DNA of 64,000 bases from Lama guanicoe. Its lineage: Eukaryota. The notes below the pieces were generated by a model. That model saw only the letters and a program-made list of their open reading frames with translations, did not search any database and was not told the DNA's origin. Where the stretch lies: NCBI GenBank assembly GCA_013239625.1, contig MU054338.1, forward strand, positions 4,179,371 to 4,243,370, given 5' to 3'. How positions within the stretch are numbered: the stretch's first letter is position 1; each line of letters opens with the position of its first letter. Both the position numbers and the translations under genes were made by a program. Below are positions 1 through 14,140 of this stretch, piece by piece.

Positions 1-488
1 CCTGTTTCCACGTAGTCTGTGGCTGCTTCCAGTAGTTGTGGCAGAGACCATATGGCCCCAAAAGACAAAACTATTGCCTGTCTGGCCTTTACAGAAAAAG
101 CTGCTCGACCCCTGCACTCTGTGACTTGTCAGCTGTGGGGATGGGTTTGGGGCACTCAGAAGTGTGCAGGACGAGAGAGTCTTGAGGGAACCCCTTATAA
201 CATAACTCAGATTCAGTTCCTTATGCCCTGTGCTATTTGCCAGAGCCTTTTTGGTAGAACAGAAGAGAAGGTATACAAAACGATTCCCAGCGCGTTCACA
301 CCAGGGAAAGGTGAGTCCCGTTTGGTGAAACTTTTGTTTCCGTTTGATAAGTATTTGGAAAGGCAGGTACTGGGTGATGATGATACAGAAACCTCCAAAT
401 GTGTGTCATGACTGGGATGAGTTTTATACCTGCAGCTTTGGTGAGTGTCTGGTGGTTCTTCAATATACTACATTTAGAGACAGGCTAA

Positions 489-750
489 GGGGGAGGGCAT
501 AGCTCAGGGGTAGAGTGTGTGCTCAGCATGCACGAGGTCCTGGGTTCAATCCCCAGTACTTCTGTTAAAATAAAATAAACAAATAAACTTAATTACTACC
601 CCCCCCAAAAAGGGGGTGGGGAGGGTATGGCTCAGTGGTAGAGTGCATGCTTAGCACGCACGAGGTCCTGGGTTCAATCCCCAGTACCTCGATCAAATAA
701 ATAAATAAATAAGCTGAATTACCTTCCCCTACCAAAAGAGACAAAAAAAA
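489..750 (+). mobile_element. Two tandem tRNA-Ala-derived SINEs (camelid Vic-1-like)
   Basis: GGGAGGG(C/T)AT(A/G)GCTCAG..GTAGAG..AGCA(T/C)GCACGAGGTCCTGGGTTCAATCCCCAGTAC head with A and B boxes, followed by an (AAAT)n..AATTAC tail, present twice. Confidence 0.85.
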
Positions 751-2199
751 ATTTAGAGACAGGACAAAGGACAGTAGGATAGAGGGAAATTTTGTCTGAG
801 AGCACAGCCCGCACCTAAGCCAGCCCTCTCTCCCTGCCTTCTGTGGGGTGGGCTGCACAGGGAACTTTCTGGACTGCAGGGACTGCTGGGGAATGCAGAG
901 AGGAGGGTTCCAGAACCCTAGATCTTCTTCTCAGCTTCCAGGCATGAGCACACTCAGCCCCCTCCTATTTTACAGGGGAGGCTACTGAGGACCAGAAAGG
1001 GTCAGTATCTCTAGATCAGGAGACGCAAAAGCTGGGGTGGCGTCAGGGACCCCTTGAATCTCAAACTCTTGCCTCTTAGCCCTGAGAAGTAGTGAGGTCA
1101 AAGGTAACAGAGTCAGAGCAACCTGGGCATGCCAGTCCTCTGCTCCTCTCCCCACCTCCAAAAAAAATCTCTCCTGGTCCTGCCACGTTCAAATCTCAGC
1201 TCTGAGTACCCGGGTGACCCTGGGCATATCTTTCAACCTCCCTGAATGCCAGCTTCCTCGCCTTGCCTAGAAACTGGGATTAACTCTATACATTGTATGT
1301 TGTGCCTAGCACCCAATGCCACTGTGAAGAGGAAATGAGGTTTGTCAGGCCAAATGTTTAGTATGATGCCTGGCACACAGTAAGTGCTCAGTAAAGGCCC
1401 CTGTCACACACATGATTGCATGCTCGCCATTTATTAGCACGTACTAGGTGCAGGGCACGGAGAGAAGGATGATGCCTCCTCACCCACCATCCTGGGAGTC
1501 CAGGGATACAAGCAAACCGCCTTCCTCATGATGTCCCCAGCACCCTGCACAGGAGCGCATGCCTGCACGTGCCGTTGGCTGCATCTTTCAAGCTTTAGTT
1601 AAAAGCCACTACCATCTAGGCATCCAAGATTTTTGAGCCCTTCCAACATGGCCCCCATAACAGGAGCTAGAGGAAGGATGACCTAGAACTGAGGGGTTTC
1701 CTGGGACATGAGACTTACAGTGCCGAGACCAGAAGAGTCCCCGCAAATCAGGATGAGTTGGTCACCCGGGACTGGGGATACAGCTGAGATACAGTTGCCT
1801 CCTCCAGGAAGCCCTCCCTGATCCACTCCTCCATCAGAGGCTCAGGAGCCGCCTCTGGGCTCTGTGAAGTTGCCTGTGCACCTCCCATCACAGCACCATC
1901 ACCCTGGCTTGTGACTGTCTGGAGTCACACCCATGTCCTTTGCTCCAGGAGAGCAGAGATCAGTTCTTTTGCTGCATGGCTGAGTTTCTAGAACCTACCA
2001 GAGAGCCTTATGCCAAATAAAGACAGACTAGTGAATGAAAGCCAGCAAGCAGGCCCTGCCTAACAGATGAGCAAACCAAGGCTCAGAGAAGGGAACCGCT
2101 TCAGCAGGATTTCCCAGCAAGGCTGTGGAGGAGCTAGGGCTGGAACATCACCCGCAATCTAGTGAGACAGTCCCACCAGCCCTCACACCCAGTGCTCAC

Positions 2200-2292
2200 C
2201 GTGTTGTAGAACTCAGCCACCAGCTCCGAGTGCTGGAAGTTGCTCTCACACCAGTCCACCTCGGAGCTCTGGTAGGCAAAGATGCTGGGCAT
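2200..2292 (-). CDS. ACER1: Alkaline ceramidase 1, first coding exon (rest of gene lies left of the window)
   Basis: ATG at 2292 gives MPSIFAYQSSEVDWCESNFQHSELVAEFYNT, with the alkaline ceramidase VDWCE motif. 93 nt, followed by a GTGAG donor at 2199. GC box upstream at about 2481-2495. Confidence 0.95.
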
Positions 2293-3550
2293 CCTGATGC
2301 AGTGTCTGCTGCCCGCTGGCTGTGTCTGGCAGAGAGGAGCGTGCGAGTCTGGAAGGGCCAGTCCCAGCTGAGGTGGGAAGAGGACAGCTGGGTGGCCTGC
2401 GGCAGGCCAAGAGGAAAAACCTGCTGGACAGCTCCCTGATTGCGCCAGAACAGCCTGGCTGAGAGGTGGTGGTGGCTGCCCGGGCGGGGCGGGGGTGAGT
2501 GGGAAGGGGGACCTCCCATCCCTGCCCACTAGGAGTCCTGTTTTTCAGAACAGTAATTTCAAAGAACAACAATGATGACAGTGATGATGTTCCCACTGGG
2601 ATGAGCAGTCTGGCCATTCCCACTTTACAGATGGGCAAACTGAGGCAGAGAGCAAAGTCATCTGTGCAGACAGATGCAAGGTGGTGACACGCAGACTCCG
2701 GACTCCCGGCTCCTAACCATTAAGTTTTACTACCTTGACACCATCAAAGCGCCAATGCTGCTGCTTCCGAGATCAGGGCCAAACAGCTGCACGCCCAACC
2801 CAAAGGGCTCCACTCTGCTCCCTTGGAGTCCTTGCTGATGGAACCTCCAATGGGGGCCTCAGTCTTCCCATCTGGGCTGGGTTGAAGCCATTTCTCCTAC
2901 ACCTATAGCGTCCCAGCTTCCACCGGGGGCCACCTTCAAAGCCCCCTGGGAGGAGGACTCTGTGGAGTTCCAGGCCTGGGATCCCGAGTCCTGGCTTCCC
3001 AGGCTGTGGAAAGCGTCTGGTTTGTGAGGCAGACAGGTGTGAGTTTGAACTGAGTTCTTCCCCTTCCTAAGCTGTGTGGCCTTGGGCAAGTGAATTCACC
3101 TGTCTGAGCCTGTTTTCGCACCTATGAGATAGGCATAATAACAGGATCTCCCTCTTAGGGCTACTGTGGAGATTTAACAGCTGACACAGTGTTTCCTAGG
3201 AAGACAAGTTGTGATGGCGGCCCTGCATCCAGAATCACTGAACTGTGGCAAGAAATCCACTCCCTCTTCGGTTCTCAATAGTTTCAGGAGAGGGGCTCAC
3301 TTGGCGCTAATACATGTTTATGCCTAACACTTAATCCCTCTGTTTAATGAAAAGCCCATCAGCGGGTAACAGTATCCAGACAGAATGTAGTGACATTGTT
3401 TACATTGTGTTTATGTTTAAATGAACTTGTCTTATGGCTGGTCTAGCCGCTTTCCATTCACCACAGGGTTACAAATCTCTGTTTAAAAAGGTGATTGAAG
3501 CCTTATAATTCCAGAGATGGTTACATAAGTCTATACAGGTAAAGAAACTG

Positions 3551-3553
<3 letters not shown>

Positions 3554-3595
<42 letters not shown>
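3554..3595. repeat. (AC)n microsatellite, about 21 units
   Basis: Perfect AC run read directly from the sequence. Confidence 0.95.
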
Positions 3596-3597
<2 letters not shown>

Positions 3598-3799
3598 ATG
3601 AATGTAAAAGCAGCTGAAATCAGATCAATGTAAATCCCCTGGGTTTGAAATTGTACAATTACCTAAAGTGGACCCTTGGAGAAATCTGAGTAAAGGATAC
3701 AAGAAAGCTCTCTGTACAACTTTTGCAGCTTCTTTTGAGTGTATAATTATTTCAATATGAAGAGTTTTTTTAAAGTAATTGATTTAGGTTTTTTAATGG

Positions 3800-4220
3800 G
3801 TGTATGAATGGATCAACAAAATATGATCCATCCAAACAAAGGAATATTACTCAACCTTAAAAAGGAAGGAAGGGGAGGGTATATAGCTCAGTGTTAGGGC
3901 TCCGGTTCAATCCTCAGTATCTCCATTAAAAAATAATAATTAATAAATTTTATTTTTAAAAAAGAAAGAAATTCTGACATATGCTACATTATGGATAAAC
4001 CTTGAGGACATGATGCTCAGTAAAAGAACAGACACAGAAAGACAAAAACTGTATGATTCCAGTTACAGGAGGTCCCTAGAGGAGTCAAGTCCATAGAGAC
4101 AGAAAAGCTGGTGGGGGCCAGGGGCTGGGGGGTGGGGAATGGGGAGTTATGTGTTTAATGGGGACAGAGTTTGTTTGGGAAGATGAGAAAGTTCTGGAGA
4201 TGGATGGTGGGGATGTAAGA
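3800..4220 (+). mobile_element. Old L1M 3' fragment interrupted by an internally deleted SINE (about 3872-3960)
   Basis: L1 3' motifs GAATATTACTCAACCTTAAAAAGGAA, AACCTTGAGGACATGATGCTCAGT, GACAGAGTTT..GAAGATGAGAAAGTTCTGGAGATGG. Confidence 0.75.
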
Positions 4221-5001
4221 GTGTCCCAGTTCTTAGGAGATACATGCCTAAATATTTAGGGGTGAAGGGACATGACGTCCACAAGTTGCTTTGAAATAGT
4301 TCTGCAAGAAGAGAGAAGGAGAGAAAATACGGCAAAATGTTAGTGATTGGTAATGTATGTGAATGGCACGCGGCAGTTCACTGTACTCTTGCAACTTTTC
4401 TGTTGCAATAGAAATATTTCAAAATTAAAAAATCCAAATTGGCAGATCAAAAGTATTCGTGAGCAAAACTAACACAACATTGTAATCAATTACACTACAA
4501 TTAAAAATAAAGAGAAGCAAAGAGAAAAAACACACAACCTTATTTGGAGACAAACGTCTTGGTCCTACAGATGACTAGCTTGACTGAGCGCAGGAAAATG
4601 ACCTAATCGTTTGTGTTAGTTTTTCCTACTCTAAAATGAGGAAAGCAATGTTCCCCTCACAGTGTAGTGTAAGTATAAAACAGAACTATGTATGTGAACT
4701 CACAACACACTCCAAAATATACTATAAAAACATTCAATGTGCTTATTCTTATCTGTTCAGGCTCCCCTCTTATACCGTTAACTGCCTTAAGATAACAAAT
4801 ATCATTTTTTTCCCTTCTACAAAAAAAAATTATTGGTGAGGATGAGACACAAGGAAATGCTTATCCGTCACTGCTAGAAATGGAAGGTGACTGACCATTT
4901 TGGGAAACAATTTGATATAATCTAGCGTATTACTGGGCAGGGTTGGTTCATTGCTGGAATAAGAAAATACAACCAATCTCAGTATCTTAAGAGTGAAAGT
5001 T

Positions 5002-5500
5002 AAGCTGTGGTATATTTATATAATAGAATACTATCCAGCCATAAAAAATAATAAAATAATGCCATGTGCGCCAACATGGATGGACCTGGAGATTGTCATT
5101 CTAAGCAAAGTAAGCCAGAAAGAGAAAGAAAAATACCACATGATATCACTTATATGTGGAATCTAAAAAAAAAGAAAAAAAATGACAAATGAACTTATTT
5201 ACAAAACAGAAATAGATAACAGACATATGGTTCCCAGGGGGTGAAGTGGGTGGAAAGGGATAAACTGGGAGTTTGAGATTTGCAGATACTAACTAATATA
5301 CATAAAATAGATAATGTTTATACTGTAAAGCATAGGGAACTATATTCAAAATCTTGTAGTAACTTATGGTGAAAAAGAATATGAAAATGAATATACGTAT
5401 GTTCATGTATGACTGAAGCATTATGCTGTACACCAGAAATTAACACAACATTGTAAACTGACTATACTTCAATAAAAATATATGTAAACATTTAAAAAAA
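5002..5500 (+). mobile_element. 5'-truncated L1 3' end inserted into an older MaLR-like LTR
   Basis: ATGGATGGACCTGGAGATTGTCATTCTAAG... ending in AATAAAA and an A tail. Flanked by imperfect direct repeats AAGAGTGAAAGTT (4989) and AAGAGTTAAAATT (5499), a likely target-site duplication. Confidence 0.75.
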
Positions 5501-6194
5501 GAGTTAAAATTTATTTCTTCCATAAACTAAGTCCATTGAGTGCATGCATCTACCCTGGAAGGCCCTCTGTCAAGTGGTCCAGGCTCCCTCCATCTGTCAT
5601 GCCTCCACCCTCGGCATGCAGCTTTCAGAGTGGCCCTAGCGGGCCTTTCCTGGACCACTTACAGAAGACATGTTGCATCCTTAACCACCTCAGTCCAGGA
5701 AGACACGCCTCACTGTGGTGCACTTTCTATTGGTCAAGATAAGTCATGTGACCCCAACTAGCTACAAGGGAAGCTGGGAAATGTAGTCTCTGGTCCAGTA
5801 GCTACTCCCCCAATGGCAACTCTGCTCTTTGGAAAGGGAGCCTGTGACACAGCCAGGAAAGCTGAAAATGAATGTATCCTACAGTTGGGAACTCCTCTCC
5901 CAGATTTACGTCCCGCTGAGAAATTCCCACCCGTGGATTCAAGATTCATGCACAAGATTGTTTCGAGCAGCCTTGGAATATTCATGAACTGTAGACCAGA
6001 CAAATAAATGGTGGGGTAGTCACCGCCACCATTCAATGGACTACACATAAATTAATGATCAGCAGGGACATGCATCAACGTGAAGGATTCTCAACAAGAT
6101 CATGCTAGCAAAAATAACAACAACAACAATAATAGTAATACCCATCATAAAATAGCGTAGCTGTTTATGGAATAATTTAAAATTCAGGCTACAT

Positions 6195-6548
6195 TCAGAA
6201 AGAGAGAGAAAAATACCATATGAGATTGCTTATATTTGGAATCTAAAAAAAAAAACAAATACAAAACAGAAACAGACTCATAGACATAGAATACAAACTT
6301 GAGGTTGCCAAGGGGGCGGGGGGTGGGAGGGACAGACCGGGATTTCAAAATGTAGAATAGATAAACAAGATTATACTGTATAGCACAGGGAAATATATAC
6401 AAGGCCTTGTGGTAGCTCACAGAAAAAAAAATGTGATAATGAATATAAATATGTTCACGTATAACTGAAAAATTGTGCTCTACACTGGAATTTGATACAA
6501 CATTGTAAAATGACTATAAGTCAATAAAAAATGTTTCCCAAAAAAAAG
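6195..6548 (+). mobile_element. L1 3' UTR fragment
   Basis: CAGAAACAGACTCATAGACATAG..TATACTGTATAGCACAGGGAAATATAT..AATAAAAA, the same family as the copies at 5002 and 13640. Confidence 0.75.
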
Positions 6549-7418
6549 AAGGAAGGTATGAATGCCTAATGGGAGACTAACTAGTTCAAGCAAAAAGAAT
6601 GCTCAACAGGGACTAAACTTGGTTCCCAGAGTTTGGACATTGAGATTGGAGTTTCAAGTCCAGGAAGTATGAGTTATACTCATAGTTAACGTATATTTGG
6701 GGCTCACTGTCTACCACCCATTAAACTAAATGTTTTATATGTATCGCCTCGTGTGTCCTCAACAGCCCATTTTGTGATTACTAATGAATTATATTGTATG
6801 CAAATTTGAAACACTGTGATATTAATACTTTATTGAAATCTCAATTAACTTACAAAGTCTCATATAACTGAAAACAACCCAAATTAAAATGTTGTCGAAA
6901 ACATAATTTAAAAAAATCAGGCTAAATTCAACAACTATTTAGGGTGGGGCTGCCACTGTGCAGGCACACCCCGTAGGAACGTTATCAGTTGATCCAGTAC
7001 AGCCACATGGGCAGGTACCTGGCTGCTGTTTGCAGACTCCCCCGCCCCACTGCATCCCTGAGCGCCCTGGCCTTGTCCCTGGGACCCTGAAGACTTTCTC
7101 ACGCCCCAACAGCTAAAGGGTTAAGATCCGGTAACTGTTTTTAATGTTGCCTTAGGTTTAGGGAGACATGCAGGTATGATAAAATGCTTTTCCAAAAAAA
7201 CCAAAGGAATGGTGATCGCCAAATCCAGCAGTGTGGTCACCTGAGAGCAGGGATCAGGGGAGAGGATGCATCTTGTAAGAGTCACACCAGGGTTGTCACT
7301 GGGTTCCGTGTGTGTCGTGAATGGCTTCTGCTTCGGCCACATCTTGAAGTGGCCTCAAAGTTTCAGGAAACCCACCACAACAACCTAGTGTGGCTTAACT
7401 CCATTACTCATTCGGAAA

Positions 7419-7616
7419 AGGGTTGCCAGACAAAATGCACGACGCCCAGTTCAATTTGACTTTCAGACGAGATAAGCAATGAATAATTTTTAGCCCAAGT
7501 GTGTCCTAGATATTGCATGGGGTTAGCTTATACTAAAAAAAAAAAAAATCACTTACGTATCTGAAATTCAAATTTAAATGGGCATTCAATATTTTTAGTT
7601 GCTCAATCTGACAACT
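7419..7616. mobile_element. Palindromic MITE, MER53-like
   Basis: Ends AGGGTTGCCAGA / TCTGACAACT. Internal arms CCCAGTTCAATTTGACTTTCAGA (about 7445) and TCTGAAATTCAAATTTAAATGGG (about 7559) are near reverse complements. Confidence 0.75.
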
Positions 7617-7965
7617 AACTGAGAAGTTATCTCCTTAACCGAAACTCTGTCCCGTCCCTCCCTTCAATGAGAGAGTTCTGTAAAATAGGTCTTTCATTGC
7701 CTCCTCTTCTGAAATAACGCCCACCGGTTATTCTGAGCTTAACCTTTTGCTGCGCTCCTTCTGTTATTCATCTGGAAGGAAATGGTGACAGCTGGGGAGA
7801 CATATTGCCAGCTGGGATTTCTGCCAGATCTTAAGGTTCAAAGGATTCAGGCTTGTAAATCTAGCCCCATATTCCGACATTTCTCTTCAACATCACCGCT
7901 GAGATCACTGTGATCCAAAGGGAGGGATTCTGCCTGTCCCTTCCCAGTCCCCGTCTCAAAGGCTG

Positions 7966-8572
7966 GGAGATGGGTTACATTGTGTCTCCCCCCAAAAATG
8001 ATATGTTGAAGTCCTAACCCCCAGGACCTTGAAACGTGCCCCTACTTGGAAAGAGGGTCTTTGCAGAGGTAATCAAGTGAAGATGAGGTCATTAGGGTTA
8101 GGGCTAGGGTGAGAGCAAACGTGGACATAGAATAGACATGCATGGAGGGAAGATGGTGTGAAGAGATCCAGGGAGAAGGCCACGTGAAGACACAGGATTA
8201 AAGTGATGTATCTATGGGGGTAAGGTGTAGCTCAAGTAGTAGAGCACATGCCTGGCATGCACGAGGTCCTGGGTTCAATCCCTACCTCCTCTAAAAATAA
8301 ATAAATAAATAAACCTAATTATCTCCACCCCACCAAATAAACAAACAAACAATTAAAATTAAGTGATATGTCCACAAGCCAAGCAACACCAAAGATTGCC
8401 AGAAAACAAGAGGCAAGGAAGAAGGCTCCTCCACAAGTTCCAGAGGGATCACGGCCTGAGTGGTACCTTGATCTCGGACTTCCAGCCTCCAGAACCGTGA
8501 GGCAATACACTTCTGTTGTTTAAGCCCCCAGGTTGTGGTATTTTGTTAGTGCAGCCTGAGGAAGCTCATACA
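7966..8572 (+). mobile_element. MLT1-type (ERVL-MaLR) solo LTR with an inserted SINE at about 8216-8355
   Basis: MaLR motifs GATATGTTGAAGTCCTAACCCCCAG, GGGTCTTTGCAGAGGTAATCAAGT, GACTTCCAGCCTCCAGAACCGTGAG. SINE flanked by TT(A)AAGTGAT repeats. Confidence 0.8.
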
Positions 8573-8964
8573 GATTTTATTTTTCCATCTGGAAACTAGC
8601 TTGGTGGATTGAGATACTGGTACCCAGAGCCCAGAGCACAACAACGTGCTCCCGAGAGGGTGACCAATCAGCCTCATTTGCCCAGGATCTTCCCAGATTT
8701 AGCACTGATAATATCATGTGAAAACCCCAGGGAATCCGGGAGGGTGGCTCATCCTAGCTCCTGGAATGATTTGAGATGGTGTCTGGGCACCGCCTCAAAT
8801 AACCTGAACTCACCTAGGAAGAAAATTACTCCTTTTTCAATTGTTTGATTCTTCTGATTATGTTCAGGAGGAAGACTCGGTTTGGTGGTACATGTCTTTA
8901 ATACCTCACTACCATTTAATTTCCCTTAAAAAAAAAAGATGAGGTTTAAAGACTGAGGCAAAGA

Positions 8965-11900
8965 AAACAGCATGGCGGTTCCTCAAAAAGTTAGAAATAG
9001 AATTACCATGTGATGCAGTGATTTCACTCCTAGGTATCTGCCTAAAAGAATTGAGAGCAAGGACTCAAAAAGATACTTGTACACGCAGGTTCATGGCAGC
9101 ATGATTCACAGTAGCCAAAAGGTGGCAACAACCCAAGTGTCCATCAATGGATGAATGGATAAACACAATGTGGTCCATCCCTACAACAGAATATTATTCA
9201 GCCTTAAAAAGGAAGGAAATTCTGACACCTGCTACAACATGAATGAAGCTTGAGGATGATACACTCAGTGATAAGTCAGTTATGGAAGGAACTATTGTAT
9301 GATTCCACGTAGAGGAGGTCCCTAGAGGAGTCAAATTCATAGAGACAGAAGGTAGGACGGTGGGGCCCAGGGACTAGCAGAGGGGGAAGGAGCATTATGT
9401 TTGATGGGGACAGAGTTTCAGTTTGAGAAGATGAGAAAGTTCTAAAGATGGACGGTGGGGATGGCTGCACAACAGGGTGCATGTGCTTAATGCCACTGAG
9501 CTGTGCACTTGAAAATTGTTAAGATGACAAATTTCATGTTGTATGTTTTTACTGCAATAAAAAACGAGGAAGTGATAAACTGTGTGAAAAGCTTCTAACA
9601 GGACCAAAAACATAAAGATTTGACAACTGACCATGGAATCTGCTGTAATTTCAGGTCGTGATTTGAAACCTTTCTTCTGCTTTAACATAGTGTTTACAAC
9701 TATAAATTTCCCTCTTAAGTACCGCTTTAGTTTCAGCCCAAGAGTTTAGATATGTTATATCTTCATTTTCTTTTTTTTAATATTTTTTATTGATTTATAA
9801 TCACTTTACAATGTTGTGTCAAATTCCAGTGTTCAGCACAGTTTTTCAGTCATTCATGGACATATACACACTCATTGTCACATTTTTTTCTCTGTGAGTT
9901 ATCATAACATTTTGTGTATATTTCCCTGTGTTATACAGTGTAATCTTGTTTATATATCTTCATTTTCATTCATCTCAAAGTATTGTCTGATTTCCCTTTT
10001 GTAACCATTGATTTTGGCCATTGAAATTGACCACTGGAAGGTGGGGAGGGTATAGCTCAGTGGTAGAGTATGTATTTAGCATGCACGAAGTCCTGGGTTC
10101 AGTCTCAGTACCTCTCTTTTTAAAAAATTAAGAATAAAATAAAATAAAGTAAACCAAATTACTTCCTCCATCCCCTCCCAAAAAAAACAGTCAAAAAAAA
10201 AAACCAGAAAAAGAAATTGACCATTGGATTTGGCCACTGAAAATGACTACTGGATTTGATCATTTGAAAATCACTGGTGACCTTGAGAATTGGTGTTTCA
10301 GTGGAGTTTTGGGGGGAAAGCCCAATTAGAGTGCGTCCAAGAGATAATAAAAAGGAAAGGAGTGGGGGCGGGTAGAGCTCAGTGGTAGAGCATGTGTTTA
10401 GCATGCAGAGGTCCTGGGTTCAATCCCCAGCACCTCCATTAAAAACACATACATACATACATACGTACATACATACCAATTACCCTTCCCCCCAAAAAAC
10501 CCCCAAAAATGTTTTAAAAAATAGTGTTTTGCTTTTTATTCCATTTCCATCCAATTCTGGTATGTGATTCCATTTCTCCATGTATGGCAGTTATTTAAAG
10601 ATTCTATTTTAAAATTAGTATACTTAAAATGTTTCAAATGAGGGGATTTAGAGTAAAAGATTCATGATTGTATAACTAGTACACATGCTTTAAGGACTAA
10701 AGTTTAGAAACCCTCATGGTTTCCCATCACTTTTTATTGTGTTTCTTCCACGAATACTGAATTTGAAAGGCTTGGTCTACCAGATGGACTGCATTTTGAG
10801 AGATAGAGAGAGAGAGAGAGGGAGGGAGGGAGAGGGAGAGCGAGTGAGCATATGTGCACGCACACTTGTGTAGCTGGGGGAAGTAACAGAGAGAGACTTT
10901 TATAAAGCACCCAGCCACTTGCCCAGAAAGAGATTCTCCCTGTTTGTTAGGTGAGGAGAACACAGCTATGAAAGGTTCAGATCCTCATCCAAGGTCCCAG
11001 GAAATAAGTAGCAGGGTAGAGACTGAACCCATCACTCTCTCCCCCTGACCCCTTAACTATTAATAATTATTACTAAATAATAGTGTAATACTTTACAATT
11101 AAAAAAAATTGGAGCCACCAACTGTAGAGCACAAGGAACTTAATTTCTTGTAATGAGATGTAATAGAAAAGAAACTGAAAAAATACATATGTATGTGTGA
11201 GTATAACTGAGTGGCTTTACTGTGCACCTGAAACTGACATTGTAAGGTGCCTACACATCAAGGTTTTAAAAAGTCAAAAATTAATCAATTAATTAAATCA
11301 GGAAAAATTAAAGCTGTCTTTATTCCCATGATGAACACAAGATGCACCCATTGTCCACCAACAGAAAAATGGATCGACAAAACGTGATATATCTGTTACC
11401 GTGGAATATTACTCAGCCATAGAAAGGGATGAAGTGCTGATTCACGCTACGACATGGATGTCCCTTGAAACCATACTCGCTGAAAAGAAGCCAGACACAA
11501 AATGTCACGTATTGTATGACCGCACTTACATAAAATATCCAGAAAAGCCAATCCCTAGAGACAGAAAGCAGACTGGTGGTTGCCAGGGGCTGGGGAGACG
11601 GAGGACTAGAAAGTAACCTCTAATGGGTACAGGGCTTCCTTTTATTTTGGCACTAGAGAGATGGTGGTGGTGGTACGTGAACGTATTAAATGCTACTGAA
11701 TTGTACACTTCAAAATAGTTAATCTCATGTGAATTGCACCTCAGTTAAAAAAAAACAGTACAGCATGCATATGATATGAAACACAAAAGAATAAAAAGAA
11801 GAAAATAAAAATTATCTGTCTTTGGAAAAGAATCTGAAAATACATGTGTGTGTTTGTGTGTGTGTGTATATGTATGTATACGTATAATTGAATCGCTTTG

Positions 11901-12370
11901 CTATACACCTGAAACTAACATTGAAAATCAATTACACTTCAAAAATAAAAAACAAAAACAATTACCTGTACCCTCCACTCACAGACTCTTAGCACCTGGG
12001 AGTGTATGGTCCCACTCAAACATGTTTTTCCAATAATGAGATTGTGGTGTCAGCACTGTCTTATTACCTGCTTGTTTTCCCCCTTAGAAATTACATCAAG
12101 GGAATCAAAATGGTAGTTTCTTGGGGTGTCCAGGGTGCAGTGACTGTGAAGGGACACGGAAGAAATTTCTAGATATTGAATGAGGTTATGGTTACATGGG
12201 TGTACACACACATAAAAAAATTCATTGGTAGGGAGGGTACAGCTCAGTGGTAGAGCATCTGCTTAGCATGCATGAGGTCCTGGGTTCCATCTCCAGTACC
12301 TACATTAAAAAAAAGATAAACCTAATTACCTCCCCTCCAAAAAACAAAAAAAGATATCTAAAAAAAGATC
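8965..12370 (+). mobile_element. Cluster of L1 3' fragments (about 8965-9560, 9780-9950 minus strand, 11120-11280, 11320-11750) and SINEs (about 10043, 10364, 12230)
   Basis: L1 motifs such as CAACCCAAGTGTCCATCAATGGATGAATGGATAAAC and GGAATATTACTCAGCCATAGAAAG, plus three tRNA-Ala-like SINE heads. Confidence 0.75.
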
Positions 12371-12803
12371 ACTTAAAAAAAAGATGTGTACACTTTACTG
12401 AGTGCATGTTACACTCCAATAAATTTTTTAAAAATTACACCATGGGACTCCTTCCCTGTCAATAAAGAGGAATGCATAAGATCATTTTTATTGCTGACGC
12501 CCCATTTAAATGCCCCTCCCCCTCACAATGGCTCCCCCAAGCATCTGATGCTTCTGACACTGACGGCCGATCTCAGCACCCTGTGCCCCTGCCAGGTTCC
12601 TCTTCTGCTTGATCCATTCCCTTCCGTGGCCCTGGGACTGTCCCCACCCCCAATGCGGGCTCCCTCTTCTCACTCTGACCCATTCCTGGGGCAGGGTGGA
12701 GGAGGGGAGATCTCGCCTGCTCCTATGCTCCCTGAGTGTCAGAATTACAGAACCATCAGCTTCCTGGATAGTCAAGGCTGCCCTAACTCACCAGATGCTA
12801 AAC

Positions 12804-13001
12804 CAGTGGTTCTCAACCCAGGACACTGGCCTAGAGACAGTCTTGGTTGATGCAATCAGGGGGCGCTACTGACATCTAGTGGATGGAGGCCAGGGATATT
12901 GCTGAACATTCCACAATGCACAGGATGACCCCCCACCACCACCACCACCAAAAGAACTATTCAAGTCCAAATGTCAATAGGGCCAAGGTTCAGAGATCCT
13001 G
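12804..13001 (+). mobile_element. MER20-like hAT DNA transposon (further copies at about 16170-16382 + and 21419-21600 -)
   Basis: CAGTGGTTCTCAACC end and core GCTACTGACATCTAGTGGATGGAGGCCAGGGATATTGCTGAACATTCCACAATGCACAGG. Confidence 0.7.
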
Positions 13002-13639
13002 CCCTAAGATAACTCATCATCTTCCTCCAAACCTACATCCCCATCTCAGTCAAAAGCACTTCCATGCACCCAAGGGCTCCAGCCAGAAAAGTCTGAACCT
13101 TCCCTCCCCCCTCCACCAACCATATTCAATCCAAACCTGAATTAATTAGGTCATACTAGTTGCTGCAACAAACAAATCCCAAATAGTTTGACAACTCAGA
13201 AGTGAAGGAAGTTAGTTGCTGACTCATTTAAAATCCAAAATGTGTGTACCTAGTTGGCAGGTGGCTCCCTCCCTAGGCTCCTTCTATGGTTCCGCCACCT
13301 TTATCCGGCCGCTGCATTCGGCTGCAAGGGCTAGTGGAGAGGAGGGAGAGTGGAGAAGTCACACCTACTTCTTAAGCTCCTCGGCTTGGAAGGGTCACAC
13401 ATCATTTCCTCACCAGGTCCACTGGTGAACGCATCACTTGGCTCCTCAGATGCAAGGGATGCTGAGAAATGCAGTCCCAGGATGGAAGGGTGTGGTGACC
13501 AACCTCCAGGGTGGCCCCCAGTGATTCCCATCTCCTGTATTCTCTCACCCCCTGGCGTAGCCCCTGCCCCACACTGAATCGTGGCTAGCCTGTGTGACCA
13601 CCAGGATACTGTGGTGGTAACAGTATGTAAACTGAATAA

Positions 13640-14140
13640 AGATCGTGTGGTATATGTATATAATAGAACATTGCTCAGCCATAAAAAGAATGAAATAATG
13701 CCATTTGCAGCAACATAGATGGACCTAGAGATGATCATACTAAGTGAAGCAAGTTGACAGAGAAAGACAAATAGCATATGATATCACTTACGTGTGGAAT
13801 CTAAAAAAATTACACAAGTGAACTTATTTACAAAACAGACACAGCCTCACAGACATAGAAAACAAACTTATGGTTACCAGGAGGGGAAGACGGGAGGGGA
13901 GGGATAGGTTAGGAGCTTGGGATTGGCAGATGCAAACTACTACATACAGAACCGATAAGTAACAAGGCCCTATTGTAGAGCACAGGGAACTATATTCAAT
14001 AGCTTGTCTATAATGAATCTATGCCAAAAAAGAATATGAAGAAGAATATATATGTATATGTATAACTGAATCACTACGCTGTATACCAAAAACTAACACA
14101 ACATTGTAAATCAACTATACTTCAATTGAAAAAAAATTGT
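13640..14140 (+). mobile_element. L1 3' end fragment
   Basis: GAATGAAATAATGCCATTTGCAGCAACATAGATGGACCTAGAG...CAACTATACTTCAATTG followed by an A tail. Confidence 0.8.
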
